Shown: piece after piece, positions 50,216 to 63,700 of the stretch
Layout: every line of letters starts with the position of its first letter
How positions within the stretch are numbered: position 1 is the first letter of the stretch
Source of the DNA: Octopus vulgaris
Lineage: Eukaryota
Reading direction: 5' to 3'
Assembly: GCA_951406725.2 (NCBI GenBank)
Contig: OX597815.1
Coordinates: 24,242,001 to 24,306,000 of the forward strand
Length of the DNA: 64,000 bases
Made by a program: the position numbers and the translations under genes
The notes under the pieces: model-generated
What the model saw: only the letters and a program-made list of their open reading frames with translations
Databases searched by the model: none
What the model was told of the DNA's origin: nothing

Positions 50216-51440
50216 CTTAAATCATTAAAACCCTTTGATTTACCTCTCTTAAATTAAGTGGACATTATCTGCATTGTTATGACGTGCAAAAGTCAAGGGT
50301 ATTGTTCTTTCATTTCTGCTCTTATATTAGTCTGAGATAATTTTTTCCCCCTATTTTGATATTTTCAGATATTTTTTATTTCAATTCATTGATAACCCTT
50401 TGCAAAATTTATAATTTATATCATTCTAAGCTATATTTCTCTGAAATATAGTTGAATGCTCTAAAATACAGATATTCTCAAAATATTTCAGGCCTTAGTC
50501 TGTTATCTTCTTGTGGTAGTGGTGGTGTTTAATCCCAAGTTACTCAACATTTAACATGCCTATCATCAAGGGGCATTACAGCTATGGCCATCTTAATTTT
50601 CTCTGTGTGTGCAAAGAACTCTGAATAGCTGTATCCAGCATACTTTTTATTTTCTATTTTTAAGATTATAGGTGTGATTTGAGGGAAATTTGACTGCTAC
50701 ACAGATTAACAGACTACAGATGTTCAAACTGAGTATTAACTACTACAACATCTCCTGTCTAGAAGACCTTGCTAAGATTATGGACAATGTCTGACTAATT
50801 TAGGGTGTGTGTGTGAAAAAGGAATGTAGTTTGAGAACAGACAAAGAGTGCCTGAGCAAAGGAGGTGTAGACATATAAGACAATGAATGGAGGGTTTATA
50901 TACAAGAGGTGGAAAGAGGGTGAAGTAGTAAGATAATAAAGGGGAGTGGAGTGTAAGTAGTTACAGCCCTCTTCTGTACATGCTTTCAGATTTTGATATT
51001 GATGACTAATGACTATTTTTAAAATGTTGTTTGAAGATGGGTCAAGTAAAGTTTCTTGCCCTAGGTCAAAGATCTCTATTGTTTTTATCTTAGAAAGTTT
51101 TTGGGGGTTTTAAAGAGAGAACTTTGAGTAGTCTGAAATTTTGGCATTTGTCACTGCTTTGCTTTCGAAAAAGAAAAAATATAACCTAGAAAATTGAATA
51201 TATAAGGAGACGTTAATCTCTTTGTTTTTTTTTTTTATATTAGATAAAGTGCAGTTCACTAGGCAGTGGGAATGCGAAATTAAGTTGGATTTAATGTGTG
51301 TAACTAAACTGGACTGAGGAAATTGTCATATAGGTACAATTTGAGTGGGCACATGGGTATGGTCACTAGACAAAAGCAAAGGTGTGGAGTTATGCTTTGT
51401 AAGTTTAGTTGACAGAAACAGTGTGGAAGTTCAATATGTA

Positions 51441-52237
51441 CAGGGTGTGGTGAATAAACTGTTGTCTAGATTACGTGAAAATGAAAATAACACTGAGATC
51501 TCATTTTAACAGATATTTATCAAAATTACATAAAAATATCCTGAAATACTAACCAGTAAATTTATTCAATAAAATCGCCATTTGCTTCAACCATGGCTTC
51601 CAGACGACTTCAGAATCTCCTGCAACTTTTCTGGACGGTCTCCTTGTGTAAGTTGGTGAATAGTGCTACAATCCTTGCCTTCTGGGGTGCAATCTGGGGA
51701 ATTAGGTGGCCAGATGTTAGGGGTGATGTGGTTGCAGAAATTGCCTGACAGCCATGAATGGGTTTTCCTTGTGTGGCATGATGCAGTGTCCTGTTGCCAG
51801 ATATATGGTCTTCCAGCAGCCACCCTCTTGACCCAGGGCAGCACTACCTCCTCCAGGCACTGGATAAAGGCTTCCGTGTTGAGTCTGAGGCCATGTGAGA
51901 AGATGAATGGAGGCATAACATTGCCATCACTGGTGATCACTCCAAACACCATGATGTTGACTGGATGTTTGATTTTTATCACTCTTGGTACATGTCCTCA
52001 GATTGACACCCAAACACTCTGAAATGTTCATATTTGAGCTTCTGACATGAATGCCAAGCAGTACAGCATGTTGTTTCCAAATTTCTGGCTGAGTAAATTG
52101 CATCATGGTGCTGGTTTTCTCTCAGGCAGTGCCCAACTGACACTACTATACTGTGTAGTCAACAAAATCAAAAACAAATAATGCACATGTGCAAAATTAA
52201 AAATATAAAATGGCGACAATTTACCCATAGCACTTTG
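51441..52237 (-). mobile_element. Second maT-family copy, internally deleted
   Basis: TA flanks at 51439-51440 and 52238-52239, same TIRs as the 1513 copy, WQQDTASCH...WPPNSPD. Lacks the segment equivalent to about 2160-2585 and the third-D region. Confidence 0.9.
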
Positions 52238-52249
52238 TATGTGTCGTGT

Positions 52250-54372
52250 ATGTCTCGGTCTCCTGTCATTGCCTCTGTGAGGTGCCAATATTCAAAGGTC
52301 ATACTTCACCACCTTATCCCATGTCTGACCATACCAGTGCAGTTGTCTCTCTTGCACACCACATTTGATGCTTCTTATGTCCAACTTTACTCTCGGGGTG
52401 CTTACACTTTGTCGTGTATGCACACTGACATTACACATCCAGTGGATTATATTAGCTTCATTTCTTTCAAGCCTACACATGTCCTCAGCAGTCATGGCCC
52501 ATGTTTCACTGCCATGTAACGTGGCAGTTGGCACACATGCATCATACAGTCTACCTTTCATCCTGAGCAAGAGGCCCTTAGTTGCCAGCAGAGGTAGGAG
52601 GTCTCTGAATTTTGCCCAGGCTATTCTTATTCTAGCTGCTACACTCCGAGCAACCACCCCAACTTCAGACTTGGTTGCTAAGGTAGCAGAAGCTATTAAC
52701 TACTAGTATATGATGGAATCTCTTTTCTGTACATTTTCAGTGTTTATTGCCCCCTGAGCATCTGCCACACACAAAAACTATTTTCCCAGTTAACCTTCCT
52801 TTGATATTGCTGCCCCTTTTATGTGTCCATAGCTTACACCGTATGGAGTTTCTACCCACGTCTTTTCTACAGATCAAGCAGGTCCATCTACCTGAAGGGG
52901 ATTGTAGTTTGACAGCCTTCCTACTTATTAAGACTTTGGTTTTTGCTAAGTTGACCCTAAGGCACTTTGATGCTAGACCTTACTTCCACACCCTAAACTT
53001 CATCTAGTTCTGGCAGTAACTCGGCTATTAGGGCAAGGTCATCAGTATAGAGTAGCTCCCAGAGGCATCCTGTCTTGAATTCCTCTGTTATTGCCTGGAG
53101 TACTATAATGAATAAGAGAGGGCTGAGGACTGATCCTTGGTGAACCCCTACTTCTACTCAGAATTCTTCACTATACTCATTGCCAACACTTACCTTACTA
53201 ACAGCATCCTTGTACAGAGCTTGTACAGCTATTACCAAACACTCGTCTATCCCCAGTTTCTGCATTGACCATCAGATAAGGGATTAGGGACCCTGTCAAA
53301 GGCTTTCCCCAAGTCAACAAAAGCCAAGTACAGAGGTTTATCTTTGGCTAGATATTTCTCCTGCAGTTGCCATACCAGAATTAAAGCATCAGTGGTGCTT
53401 CTGCCTGGCACAAAACCAAACTGCATCTCATCTAGGCTAACTCTATCCCTAATTAGTTGGGCTATGACCCTCTCTGTAACTTTCATCGCCTGATCCAATA
53501 ATTTGATACCCCTATAGTTATTTCTGCCTAAAGCATCACCTTTACTCTTGTAGCAGTTGACTATGGTGCTGCTACACCAGTCATTGAGTATGAATCCTTC
53601 ATGAACTACCTGATTTATTATGCGGATGACAAGACCATAACCCACACCACCTGATATTTTAAGCATCTCAGCGATGATTCCTGATGGGTCAGATGCTTTC
53701 CCTGCCTTCACATCCTTAATTGCTTTATCTACCAGGGTACTTTTGATTCGGGTAGCTGGTCCCTCAATTGGGTCAATCTTTGGCAGACTCCTCTTCTCCC
53801 ATTCATTCTCTACATTCAGCAGTTTTTCATAACGACATTTCCAAGCCTCTTCCTTTGCAGAATCATTAACACAAGGGAACCATTATTCATGCGGCCACAT
53901 TTCTCTCCTGTGACATCATGGTTTTCTGTCACACACTGCCTTGCAATCTGAAATACTTCAGTTCTTTGGTCCTCATGTTGCTGAACACTGGCCAACTTCT
54001 TTTCTGCTATATATACCTGTCTCCTAGCTTCCCTTTCCACTGTCTGATACTGTTCGCTGCTACCACAACTCTTCCAGGCCTTCCAAATCTGTTTCTTTGC
54101 TCTAATGGCCCTATCTACAGTATTGTTCCACCACCATGTTACCCTAGATCTTGAAGGGACTTTGCACCAGCTACAGATTTGGTCTGTGGCACTCAGCAAG
54201 CTGTCTCACTGGAATTCCCAGCTGCCTACTATGTCACAGGACCATAGCTCTTCTTTCCTATCATCAAATTTCTCAGTAAGGATACCCCTAAATTTCTGAC
54301 CATATGAAGGGTTCTTAAGCTTCCAAATCCTTCTTTTCCAGATTGGTCTGCCTTTTGGCATCCTTCTGGCCT
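52250..54372 (-). mobile_element. RTE-clade LINE, ~2.1-kb ORF2 remnant with RT
   Basis: MKAGKASDPSG, NYRGIKLL, QFGFVPGRSTTDA, FVDLGKAFDRVP, GVHQGSVLSPLLF, ELLYTDDLAL, a Cys/His finger and RIRIAWAKF...LHGSETW; frameshifted. Confidence 0.92.
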
Positions 54373-54374
54373 CG

Positions 54375-54425
<51 letters not shown>

Positions 54426-56695
54426 TTTATGTGTGTTTGTCCCCCTCCCCACTGCTTGGCAGCTGGTGTTGGTTGATTTACATCTTGTAACTTAGCAGTT
54501 TGGAAACAGAGACCAATAGAATGAGTAGCTGTCTTAAATAAGTACTGGGGTTGATTTGCTTGGCTAAACCCTTCAAGGTGGTGTCCTAGCATAGTCATGC
54601 TCCAGTGACTACCAATGAAAAGAAATATGCAAATTCACTGTTGTAAATGTTAGTTTGAGAAAAAGTTAATTTTCGTAGTATTTGTGTTTGGCCTATTTTA
54701 AGATACCTTTTGTATATTGACTGGCTTTACCTGAAATAGTTACATACATACTCACCCACTCAAACATACACAATGGGACTTACTGCACAATCGATACTTG
54801 TTATGTAATTGCCAAAAAAATTTTTGCCAAGGACTTTAAAGCCATGAGCTGATGAATGACCAAACGTAACTGAAACTGGAACTATGCAATAATTTCATCT
54901 ACTACATTCCTTTCTCGAACAGATTTAAGGCTATGGATACATCATAGTATACCTTAACATTATAGCTCTCACACGTATTTACGAAAGTATTGTTGTTTAA
55001 AATAACTTACATATTTAACAAGAAATTACAAAATGGAAGTTAGACAATGGTATCGCCTATATGTAGGTCACCAAACAACTATTAAAAACCTTCGTTTACT
55101 ATACTGTAAATTATGGACCTGATATATAATAGTAAAGTTCTTTCAGTGAACACTTTTTAATCCAAAATTAGCACCTTCAATGAAATATTAATGGTATACA
55201 CCGCATGCTGTTGTTATGCCCTGATCATACTACTACATACAATATGTGATTATAGAATACTGTTATGCCTTGTCTGAAATTTGCTATTGCAAATGTAATG
55301 CCGTTAGCATCAGTGTTAAACTATGGGTCTGTTAAACTATTATCTGACAAATTATCTGTTACTGATCTCTGTCCCCCACAGTGTAAATGCTTATGCTTAT
55401 ATCCATTCATTACTCACACTCTATCCTAAGAACACTTTATGGAGCTAAAGTCCATCATATCTTACTTAATCAGTTGTAGCTGTTTAATATTCATGCATTC
55501 AATTTTTTTTTAATTGCTCAAAATGTCTTCCTCTTGCCTGCGTTCTCCAACTATTTCTTTAGTTTTACACTGAAAAGTATTTCATTTGCAAACTCTTTAA
55601 ATATTGGTGCTGCAGTGAATATGTATGGAGTGACTGGAAGTGAAACCTCTTTTAAGATGTTTGGTAATAAATTTGCTGTTATAACTGTCATTAATTTGAA
55701 CTAGAAAATTACATAAGGAAAATTGTCAATGACTATACAGTTACCTTAGCTAGCATACAAACTCAAACATTTAAGTGGGGGGAAAAAAAAGCAAAGATTT
55801 AAAGCTTCTGTAAAATAGTGTTGATTTTACAAAGAGAAAGATTTTGATGTTACAACAGAAAACTATAATTACAAAGAAACTGTTTTATGATAAAATTGCA
55901 TAAGAAGCATTTAAAAAAATCATATTAAATTGTAGTCTTGTGGTTTCTAGTGTATCCGTTTTTGGAAACATTGTTTAATATAGTTTTCGTTCATTTAAGC
56001 TACAATCTCTTAAGTTTAATAACAGATTTCAATAAAAAATATTTTTGGCAACTTGGCTGGAAGTACAGGAAGTGATGCACAGTGACTGTAAGCCTGGTTG
56101 TTCCACTTAGTGGTAAATGTTTGCATTTTATATGAAGTATATAGGTCAATCTTTAGTATAATAACAATTTTCATAGACTTAAAAAGTCTACTTAGACACT
56201 ACAATTTACAGAAGTCATATCAAGTAATTTTGTTTAGTAGATTATCTTTAATTGTTGCTGAGTTCTGGACAGACCTATGGTGAAAACCAACTGAACATTG
56301 CTCTTCAATCTAAGTCCCTGAGTTATTCTTTAATATGTCTCAACCTTGAGGTTGCGACCATGCTGGGGCATTGCCAGTAAGGTCATACTTTACTCTTCCT
56401 TGGAGCCATGTAGAACACTGTACCATCATTGGTTGCTGTGTAGGGTGTAGTGTAAAAAGGTTTGTGAGAGCTGTTCTTCTATGGCTTTTACATTTTCAGA
56501 GACGCTTGTGTTTCCCGTAAATTCCAGTAAAATTTTAGCTTTCAATTAAGTCTCAATTTTATTTTATTTTTAAGATTCTATGGTAGCAGATAGCCAAACA
56601 ACTCAGAATTTGGACTTGATATAGCTTTTGATGCTGCAGCTAATTTGATTGATTGTTTGTGTGTGTGCATACAACTGCTACTGTATATATATATA

Positions 56696-56739
<44 letters not shown>

Positions 56740-57741
56740 GGGAGTTTTTTAAAGATAGTAAGGACTGATTTGGTGGAGATTTCTGTTTTTAGCAAGTAGA
56801 GCAACCATATAGAGGTTTTCTCGCTTTGATATGTTGAAGATAGCGAGTTCAGTAATTATTTCCAGGTTTATTGTTGTTGTCTACTTTATATTTTGAATAT
56901 CCCAGAGGCTCTTTGAGTTTGGCATTTTCATATTCTTTTCTTGGTGTTTAAGCCCATGTCTAGGTGCAGTGTGTGTATTTTTCATTTTATGCCCATTTTT
57001 GCTTGGTGTTGATGACTGAATTTGGGAAAGAGTTTGATAAATGTTTGAATATGAGCATGTTACTTGAAATAATTGTCACATTATATTGCGTAGCCATTGT
57101 CTATTGTTGATTCTATTAACTGGAAGTGGCTACATTGAGCTTTTAAAACAATTTATGCAAGTTTTTGTTATATTCATTGTCTGTGTTGTATGTTTCGTTA
57201 ATGGTCGGAGGAGAAATGGCCTACTTGGAGTAGTTTATATACTAAATTCTAAAGTCTCTATTTTTGTTAGGAGAATTGTGAATGTGTGATGTTCATGCTC
57301 TTTCTCAAAAGTATTGATACAAATAAAATGAAAACGGGTCATGAATTACACTTTCAAAAAACCCTACTTTTAATATTGCTTGTCCTGAATTCAGTTGGAT
57401 TTTATACTGATTGGTCCTAATATCAGCACAAGACCAGCAATTTTTGAAGAAAGTGGGTTAATTAGTTACATTGACTCCAGTACTTGACTGGTACCTCATT
57501 TTATTGACACTGAAATGATGGAAGGCAAAGTTGACCTCAAAGTGTAAAAAACCAGAAGAAATAACCACAAGGCATTACTTAGGATTCTCTAATGATTCTG
57601 CCAATCCACTGCCCTCAGTCCTTTAGAAACGATCCCATTGGCTCTTACGTAAACTCAGTTCACTTCATTCTCTGGATTCTCATTTATACCGCTTCAGTTG
57701 TCTCTGTTTAGTATATATCTGTCATGTTTTATTTCCTCTGT

Positions 57742-58152
57742 AGGAGTGGCTGTGTAGTAAGTAGCTTGCTTACCAACCACATGGTTCTGGGTTCAGTCCC
57801 ACTGCGTGGCACCTTGGGCAAGTGTCTTCTACTATAGCCTCGGGTCGACCAAAGCCTTGTTAGTGGATTTGGTAGACAGAAACTGAAACAAGCCTGTCGT
57901 ATATATGTATATATATATGTGTATGTATGTATGAGTGTGTGTTTGTGTGTCTGTTCCCCCCCCACCACCACCACATTGCTTGACAACTGATGCCGGTGTG
58001 TTTACGTCCCCGTAACTTAGCGGTTCAGCAAAAGAGACCGATAGAATAAGTACTAGGCTTACAAAAAATAAGTCCTGGAGTCAGTTTGCTTGACTAAAGG
58101 CGGTGCTCCAGCATGGCCACAGTCAAATGACTGAAACAAGAGTAAAAGAGAG
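57742..58152 (+). mobile_element. SINE family A, full length
   Basis: AGGAGTGGCTGTGTAGTAAG...GGTTCAGTCCCACTGCGTGGCACCTTGGGCAAGTGTC...TGACTGAAACAAG. Confidence 0.9.
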
Positions 58153-59154
58153 GGAGTATAAACCTGATTCATTAAGACATTCCATATAACTTTCTGTTCT
58201 TCATTTTGAAACTGTGTAAACTTATGAAGAATTTTGTTCTGTTTACTTTAGTGGCATTTTGTAGCTGATGTTTTTCATCTGCTATAACTAACTGTTCTAG
58301 ATAGTTTCCTTATAGACTGTGTAATTCTAATATTTTGACGTTCAAGTCCTGTCTAATCTAGAATATCTAGGAATACTTTGTCCTGTTTGAAAGTATTCTA
58401 CCAAAGATTTTACAATAAGAAATGTGGTTTTTGTTGTCCCAAATAAATTAATTGGAATTTTGACTTTAATTATTTGTCTTCCAAATTAAAAAAAAAAAAT
58501 GCAAAAGAAAAAAAAAAACATCAGGAACAGAATGTAGTTTTTCTTTTCTTTTTTTGTTTAGTTAAGAGGAAGGGACAACTGAATGTTTGTTATATTTCAA
58601 ATGTGTCTTGTATCTGTTAAGATTTCCTATAGTGACTAATCTCTTTATTCTAAATAAACTTCACAATCTATCACTCATTTCTTATCATTAGAACAGGAGT
58701 GTTCAGTTAAATATTTCTGAAGATAATTTTGTTAACTTTCTTTTTTCTGTACAAGGATAGGTTCCATACCTCCCTCTCTTTTGCTGATCACTGAAGTCTG
58801 AAGTAATGCATGGGAATACATTCTCAGTTAAAAAAAATTTTTTTGTTATAGGAGTGGGGATAAAGTAAGGGTGTAATACTGTGACTGAATTCCAACTGAG
58901 GGGGTCATAATTGCTAAGCAATTTATGCAATTTCCTTAAAATGTTTTGTAATCTGTTTGCTATTATATCCTATCTTGGCAGTCTTTTGTTTGTGCAGTCT
59001 TTGAAAGTAACCATGGTTATAAGTATAACAATTGATAAATTGAAGTTTTAAAAAATTGTTGTTTATCCAACTATAGGAGCCATAAGTTTTCAATTGTCTC
59101 TAAATTCTATGTTGCTTAATTCATGCAAGCACGATACATCAGATATAGGCACCT

Positions 59155-59310
59155 ATAGGTTGTGTGATTAAGAAGGTCTCTTTGTAACCATGTGGCTTTC
59201 AGTTCAGTCCCACTGCACAACACCTTGAGCAAGTATCGTTTTCTATAGCCTTGGGTTGACCAATAACTTGTGAGTGAATTTGGTTGATGGGAACTTTGTG
59301 GCAGCCTATC

Positions 59311-59343
<33 letters not shown>

Positions 59344-59550
59344 ATGTTTGTCTTCTACTATTGCTTGGCAACCAGTGATAATTTATGTCCCCCTTCACTT
59401 AGCAGTTTGGTTAAAAAAAAAAAAAAAAAAAGACCAATAGAATAAGTACCAGACTTAAAGAAAAATACTGGGGTTGATTTGTTTGATTAAATCCCTAAAA
59501 ACAGTGCCCCAGCATAGCTGCAGTCCAACAAGTGGAACAAGTAAAAGCTA
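59155..59550 (+). mobile_element. SINE family A, diverged
   Basis: CAGTCCCACTGCACAACACCTTGAGCAAG...GACCAATAGAATAAGTACC. Confidence 0.75.
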
Positions 59551-59932
59551 AAATTAATGATATAAAGATCAGGGACTTGAGCACTGTAGTAGACAGTCAG
59601 CGAAGCTTCTAAGTTTGTACACAGGCTCTGAATTCTATCTCCCTGTTAACTGGAAAAATGAATTCAAGTGTGACAAGCTTTCTTGGTGGTTGTAATGTAG
59701 TATTATCAGTAAAAAGTAATGGATTATAGCATTCCTGAAATATTTCTCATCTCTCTGTTTAAAACTGGGTTAAAATATGTTTCAGGTTGTAGAAGGGGTA
59801 TGCTCTGAAACTAAATACAGGTTTCCTAAATCTTCTAAATTAAACTATCAATTTAGTCAGTGTAATAAGGAGGCAGCCATCTAAATTCCTTTTATTTGCT
59901 GTGATCTGTTATCCAGTATAGTGTTAATAGAG

Positions 59933-59978
<46 letters not shown>

Positions 59979-60245
59979 AATATAAATGATTTTCGTCATT
60001 TTTTCCCTTTTGCCTGTGTGGTTTGTTTTCAAGTGCTTTGGTTTTTCTGGGAACTCCCTTTAAAGTAGAAGGAATAGCTAAGATTTTTTGGGCTGCTATT
60101 TCTAAACTTGGGTGTGTGGTGAAGCAAATCGTTGCTGAACCCTAATTATATAGTATTACTTAAACTTACCTTGAAATGGTCCTTTTCATGCCGAATTCTA
60201 CTTGGTGAAATAACTGATTACTTCTTAATTAATTTCACCCTTTGT

Positions 60246-60292
<47 letters not shown>

Positions 60293-60744
60293 GTATGTAT
60301 GTATATAGTCTCTTCTTTCTCGATTATTTTGAGATTACTCATTTTAAGCATAAAAACCCTCAGCAATCATTTTAATAAATCATTTGTAATTTCTTAGATT
60401 ATGAATTAAGTTTTTTTTTTTTTTGTGCTGATGTAACAATATACTGAGTTGATACTTTTTCTTTTTAAGTGCTGCTTTATAGTCTGTAAAACTATTGTAG
60501 AGAGAAGAATAACAGAAGGCAGTTATGTATTTTTCTTGTTAGCGAAACTGTAACATCATATACTTATGGAAAGTAGGGTTCTTCAGTGCAGGAAACACTT
60601 TGTTGATGTTGCTCTGTTGCTTGTTTAGAAGAATATAAATGCTTTTAAATAGTAGGAATCTTCTTTTCACCCATGTAGGAGACATTGAAATGTTTCCGCA
60701 GTAATATCTGGATATACTTTAATCACATTCTGATCGATATTGAT

Positions 60745-61050
60745 CTGTGGCCTAGTGGTTAGGATATTGTGCTCACGATTGTTAGATTGTGGGTTGGATT
60801 CCTGGACTGGGTGGTACACTGTGTTTTTGAGCAAAACCTTTAATTTCATGTTGTTCTGCTATCATTTTGGCATCTGATGTGTGGAACACTTGTGCACCTG
60901 CGCAAGCAATGTCGATTTGATGGAGGGAGTGAGCTGATGTACAACACATACATTTTGATCACTATAAGCAAATCATTTGTGCAGCTTGATCAGCATAAGC
61001 TGAACACTCATGATATCTTTGACAAGAGATTGTGTGTGTGTAGAAACACA
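60745..61050 (+). mobile_element. tRNA-derived SINE, family D
   Basis: GTGGCCTAGTGGTTAGG (A box) ... GGTTGGATTCC (B box-like), then TTGAGCAAAAC. Confidence 0.7.
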
Positions 61051-61384
61051 TACACACTTCTTAAACACATTGTACTGCAGTTTATTTCCCAACCATGTGG
61101 TTTTTGTTTCAGTTCCCCTGTAGGCCACTTTGGGCAAATAACTTGCACAATATTCCTGGGTCAATCAAAACCTTGTAAATGAATTTGGCAGATGGAAACA
61201 TAAAGTATGATATATAGGCATTGTTATGTGGTTAAGAAGCTTGCTTCTTGAACTTGTGGTTTGGGGGTCAGTGCCATTCCACAACACCTTGGACAAGTGA
61301 CTTCTACTGTACCCTCAGGCTGATCAAAACCATGAGAAGATTTTACAGAACTGAAAGTACTCCATTTTGTGTGTTTGAGGGTGC

Positions 61385-61550
61385 CTATGTCTTGGCACCA
61401 GTAGCACGGCCCCTACCCACTTCTGCCCCACCTGTGGGAGGGGCTTCCTTGCCCGGATTGGCCTCACCAGCCACCTCCGGTCTCATAGCAGCAGTTCCAC
61501 CAGATGATGTCAGTGGTCATCTTCGAACCCGAAGGACGAACATTATTATC
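61385..61550 (+). mobile_element. Extreme 3' end of a third RTE family with a C-terminal C2H2 finger
   Basis: THFCPTCGRGFLARIGLTSHLRSHSSSSTR* (stop 61505-61507), then GGTCATCTTCGAACCCGAAGGACGAAC and (ATT)n; nested in a SINE. Confidence 0.75.
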
Positions 61551-61759
61551 ATTATGTCTTGGCATCATATGATTATCAACAAGCATCACCATCATACAAG
61601 TGATGTTATTCATTTCCAGTCTTTCATTATGAACATGCCTGCTTGGAAACAGGTGAATGTTGGCAATAGGAAGGGCATCTGACTAGAAAATCTGCCTCGG
61701 CCAATTCCACCTGACCTATGCAAATGTGGAAAAGTAGATGTTAAATGCCTATGATGATT

Positions 61760-61804
<45 letters not shown>

Positions 61805-63248
61805 GTGTGTTAGTTTACATTTGTGTTCTATGCAGGTTGTGAGATACGTGTGTTGTCACCTCTGCCAGCAAATCTCCAGCTTTCTTCGCTGTTTGAAGAC
61901 TTTTGGAATTAAGAATCCCTTACTTGAAAATCAGGTTGCAGATAGGAAGGGCATCTGATTATAAAACATTGTCTATATTATATATTCACTTAACCCATGC
62001 TAGCATGGAAAAATGGATGTAAAACAACGATATATACACTTACATTAATTCTATATTCTGTGGTGTGTAATATTTCTTATACATTTCTTTATCCTTTTGT
62101 GTACATAGTTGTTACTTTTCATGTGGTTAATTTTTAGTATATTTCCAGCTAACCAGTACCAGATTCCTCTTCAGCAACATTAAAAATTAGTTTCAGACAT
62201 TGAGCACTTGTGCATTCATTCTTGAGAAAATCATTGTATTCATATTAGTTAGCTTTGTAAATAAGAATGGTTGTAAAACTGTCTGTCACTTAAGTATAGC
62301 CAGGTTTCTGCTTGAATTTTGTTTCTGATTAATATTTCTTTATTTACTTCTTTATGGTTAAATGTTATTTTCAACACTTTCAGTTGCTTTGTGGTTATGT
62401 TTATGTTTAACGTTTTTCAACATTTAAATGTTATGAAATATGTATCATTAGATGTAACTATTTGTTATTATTGTCCATCAGCTTAGTAAAGAAATTATTA
62501 TGTCTTTGTATAAATTTCCTTTAATATAATCTATGTTTCAGTTTTCAATATATTTAGAAAAGGTTTGAATGCTACAGCATCCAATTTCCTTTTGTCGCAA
62601 CTCTTAACTCTGTGTCTAATTAAGAGATGATTTTAGTTTATTTCTAATTGAAGTCAAATAATGAGACAAGACCTAGATCTCATTTTTAAGTTTTACATAA
62701 CTTCAGTTATTAATTGGCTTTAATAATGTTGTCATTTGCTTAGACTTTTTTCCCCCCCAGTACAGTAGTTCTGTGCATTAGACATCATATTTGGTATAGC
62801 TAGTTTATCTAATGATTCAAAGTGCTCTCACTTCTATTTCCACTAAATAATTTGATAACTTGGTGAACTGGAGCAAATTAAGAGGCCCTTTAGTTCATTG
62901 CTGAATATGAGTAATTAGCTTTCATTAATACCAGCATCTCCCATATTGCAGAAGCATTGCACTCTTAGAAATTTTGCTGTAATATGAACATAAAACCTTC
63001 TTTCCCACATGATTTTCAGTAGTGCAATCTTCTATAATGCAAGGATGTCGATAGTAAATATCTTAAGCAGTTGTGATCCTCTTTTCTTCTACTCTGATTG
63101 AAAATAAGTTAGCAATAATAAATACCCTTTCATGTTTAAAGATAATCCACTTATGTGTTAATGCAGCATGCTTTCACTTCAAAAACATAAGGGAAAAAAT
63201 ATAATGGAAAGAAGGGAGTTACTTACAAGATGTCATGTAAAATGAAAT

Positions 63249-63700
63249 TATGAATTATTTTCGTTGTTCATTAAAAGGAAGGATATATTTGATAATTTAG
63301 TCCCAGACACTTTAGTCCCAGACACTTTAGTCCCAGGTCACTTTGGGCAAATAACTTTCACAATATTCCTGGGTCAACCAAAACCTTGTAAATGAATTTG
63401 GTAGATGGAAGTGCACAAGTGTTCCACACATCAGATGCCAAAATGATTGCAGAGCAACATGAAATGAAAGGTTTTGCTCAAGAACACAGTGTGCCACCCA
63501 GTCCAGGAATCAAACCCACAATCTAACAATCGTAAGCACAATACCCTATGAATTATTTTTACACAAAGATTACTAGTATTGTTGGTGTTGCTTAATCTAT
63601 TTTAACTCTGATTGAGCTGACTTGTGATCAAAAATATCCCAGCTGTGTCCATACAGTCAGTATCTGGGACTAAATTATCAAACACATCCTTCTCTTTTAA
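63249..63700. repeat. Complex locally templated insertion / rearrangement
   Basis: Mosaic of direct and inverted copies of nearby sequence between 13-bp direct repeats (detailed in findings). Confidence 0.7.

Noticed and set aside
57742-57810. tRNA genes at SINE heads (also 60745 and 45342)
   Set aside because: Only A/B-box-like remnants continuing into SINE bodies; no complete cloverleaf.
61248-61682. 144-aa plus-strand ORF
   Set aside because: A chimera of SINE and RTE-tail sequence; the meaningful RTE peptide is in another frame.
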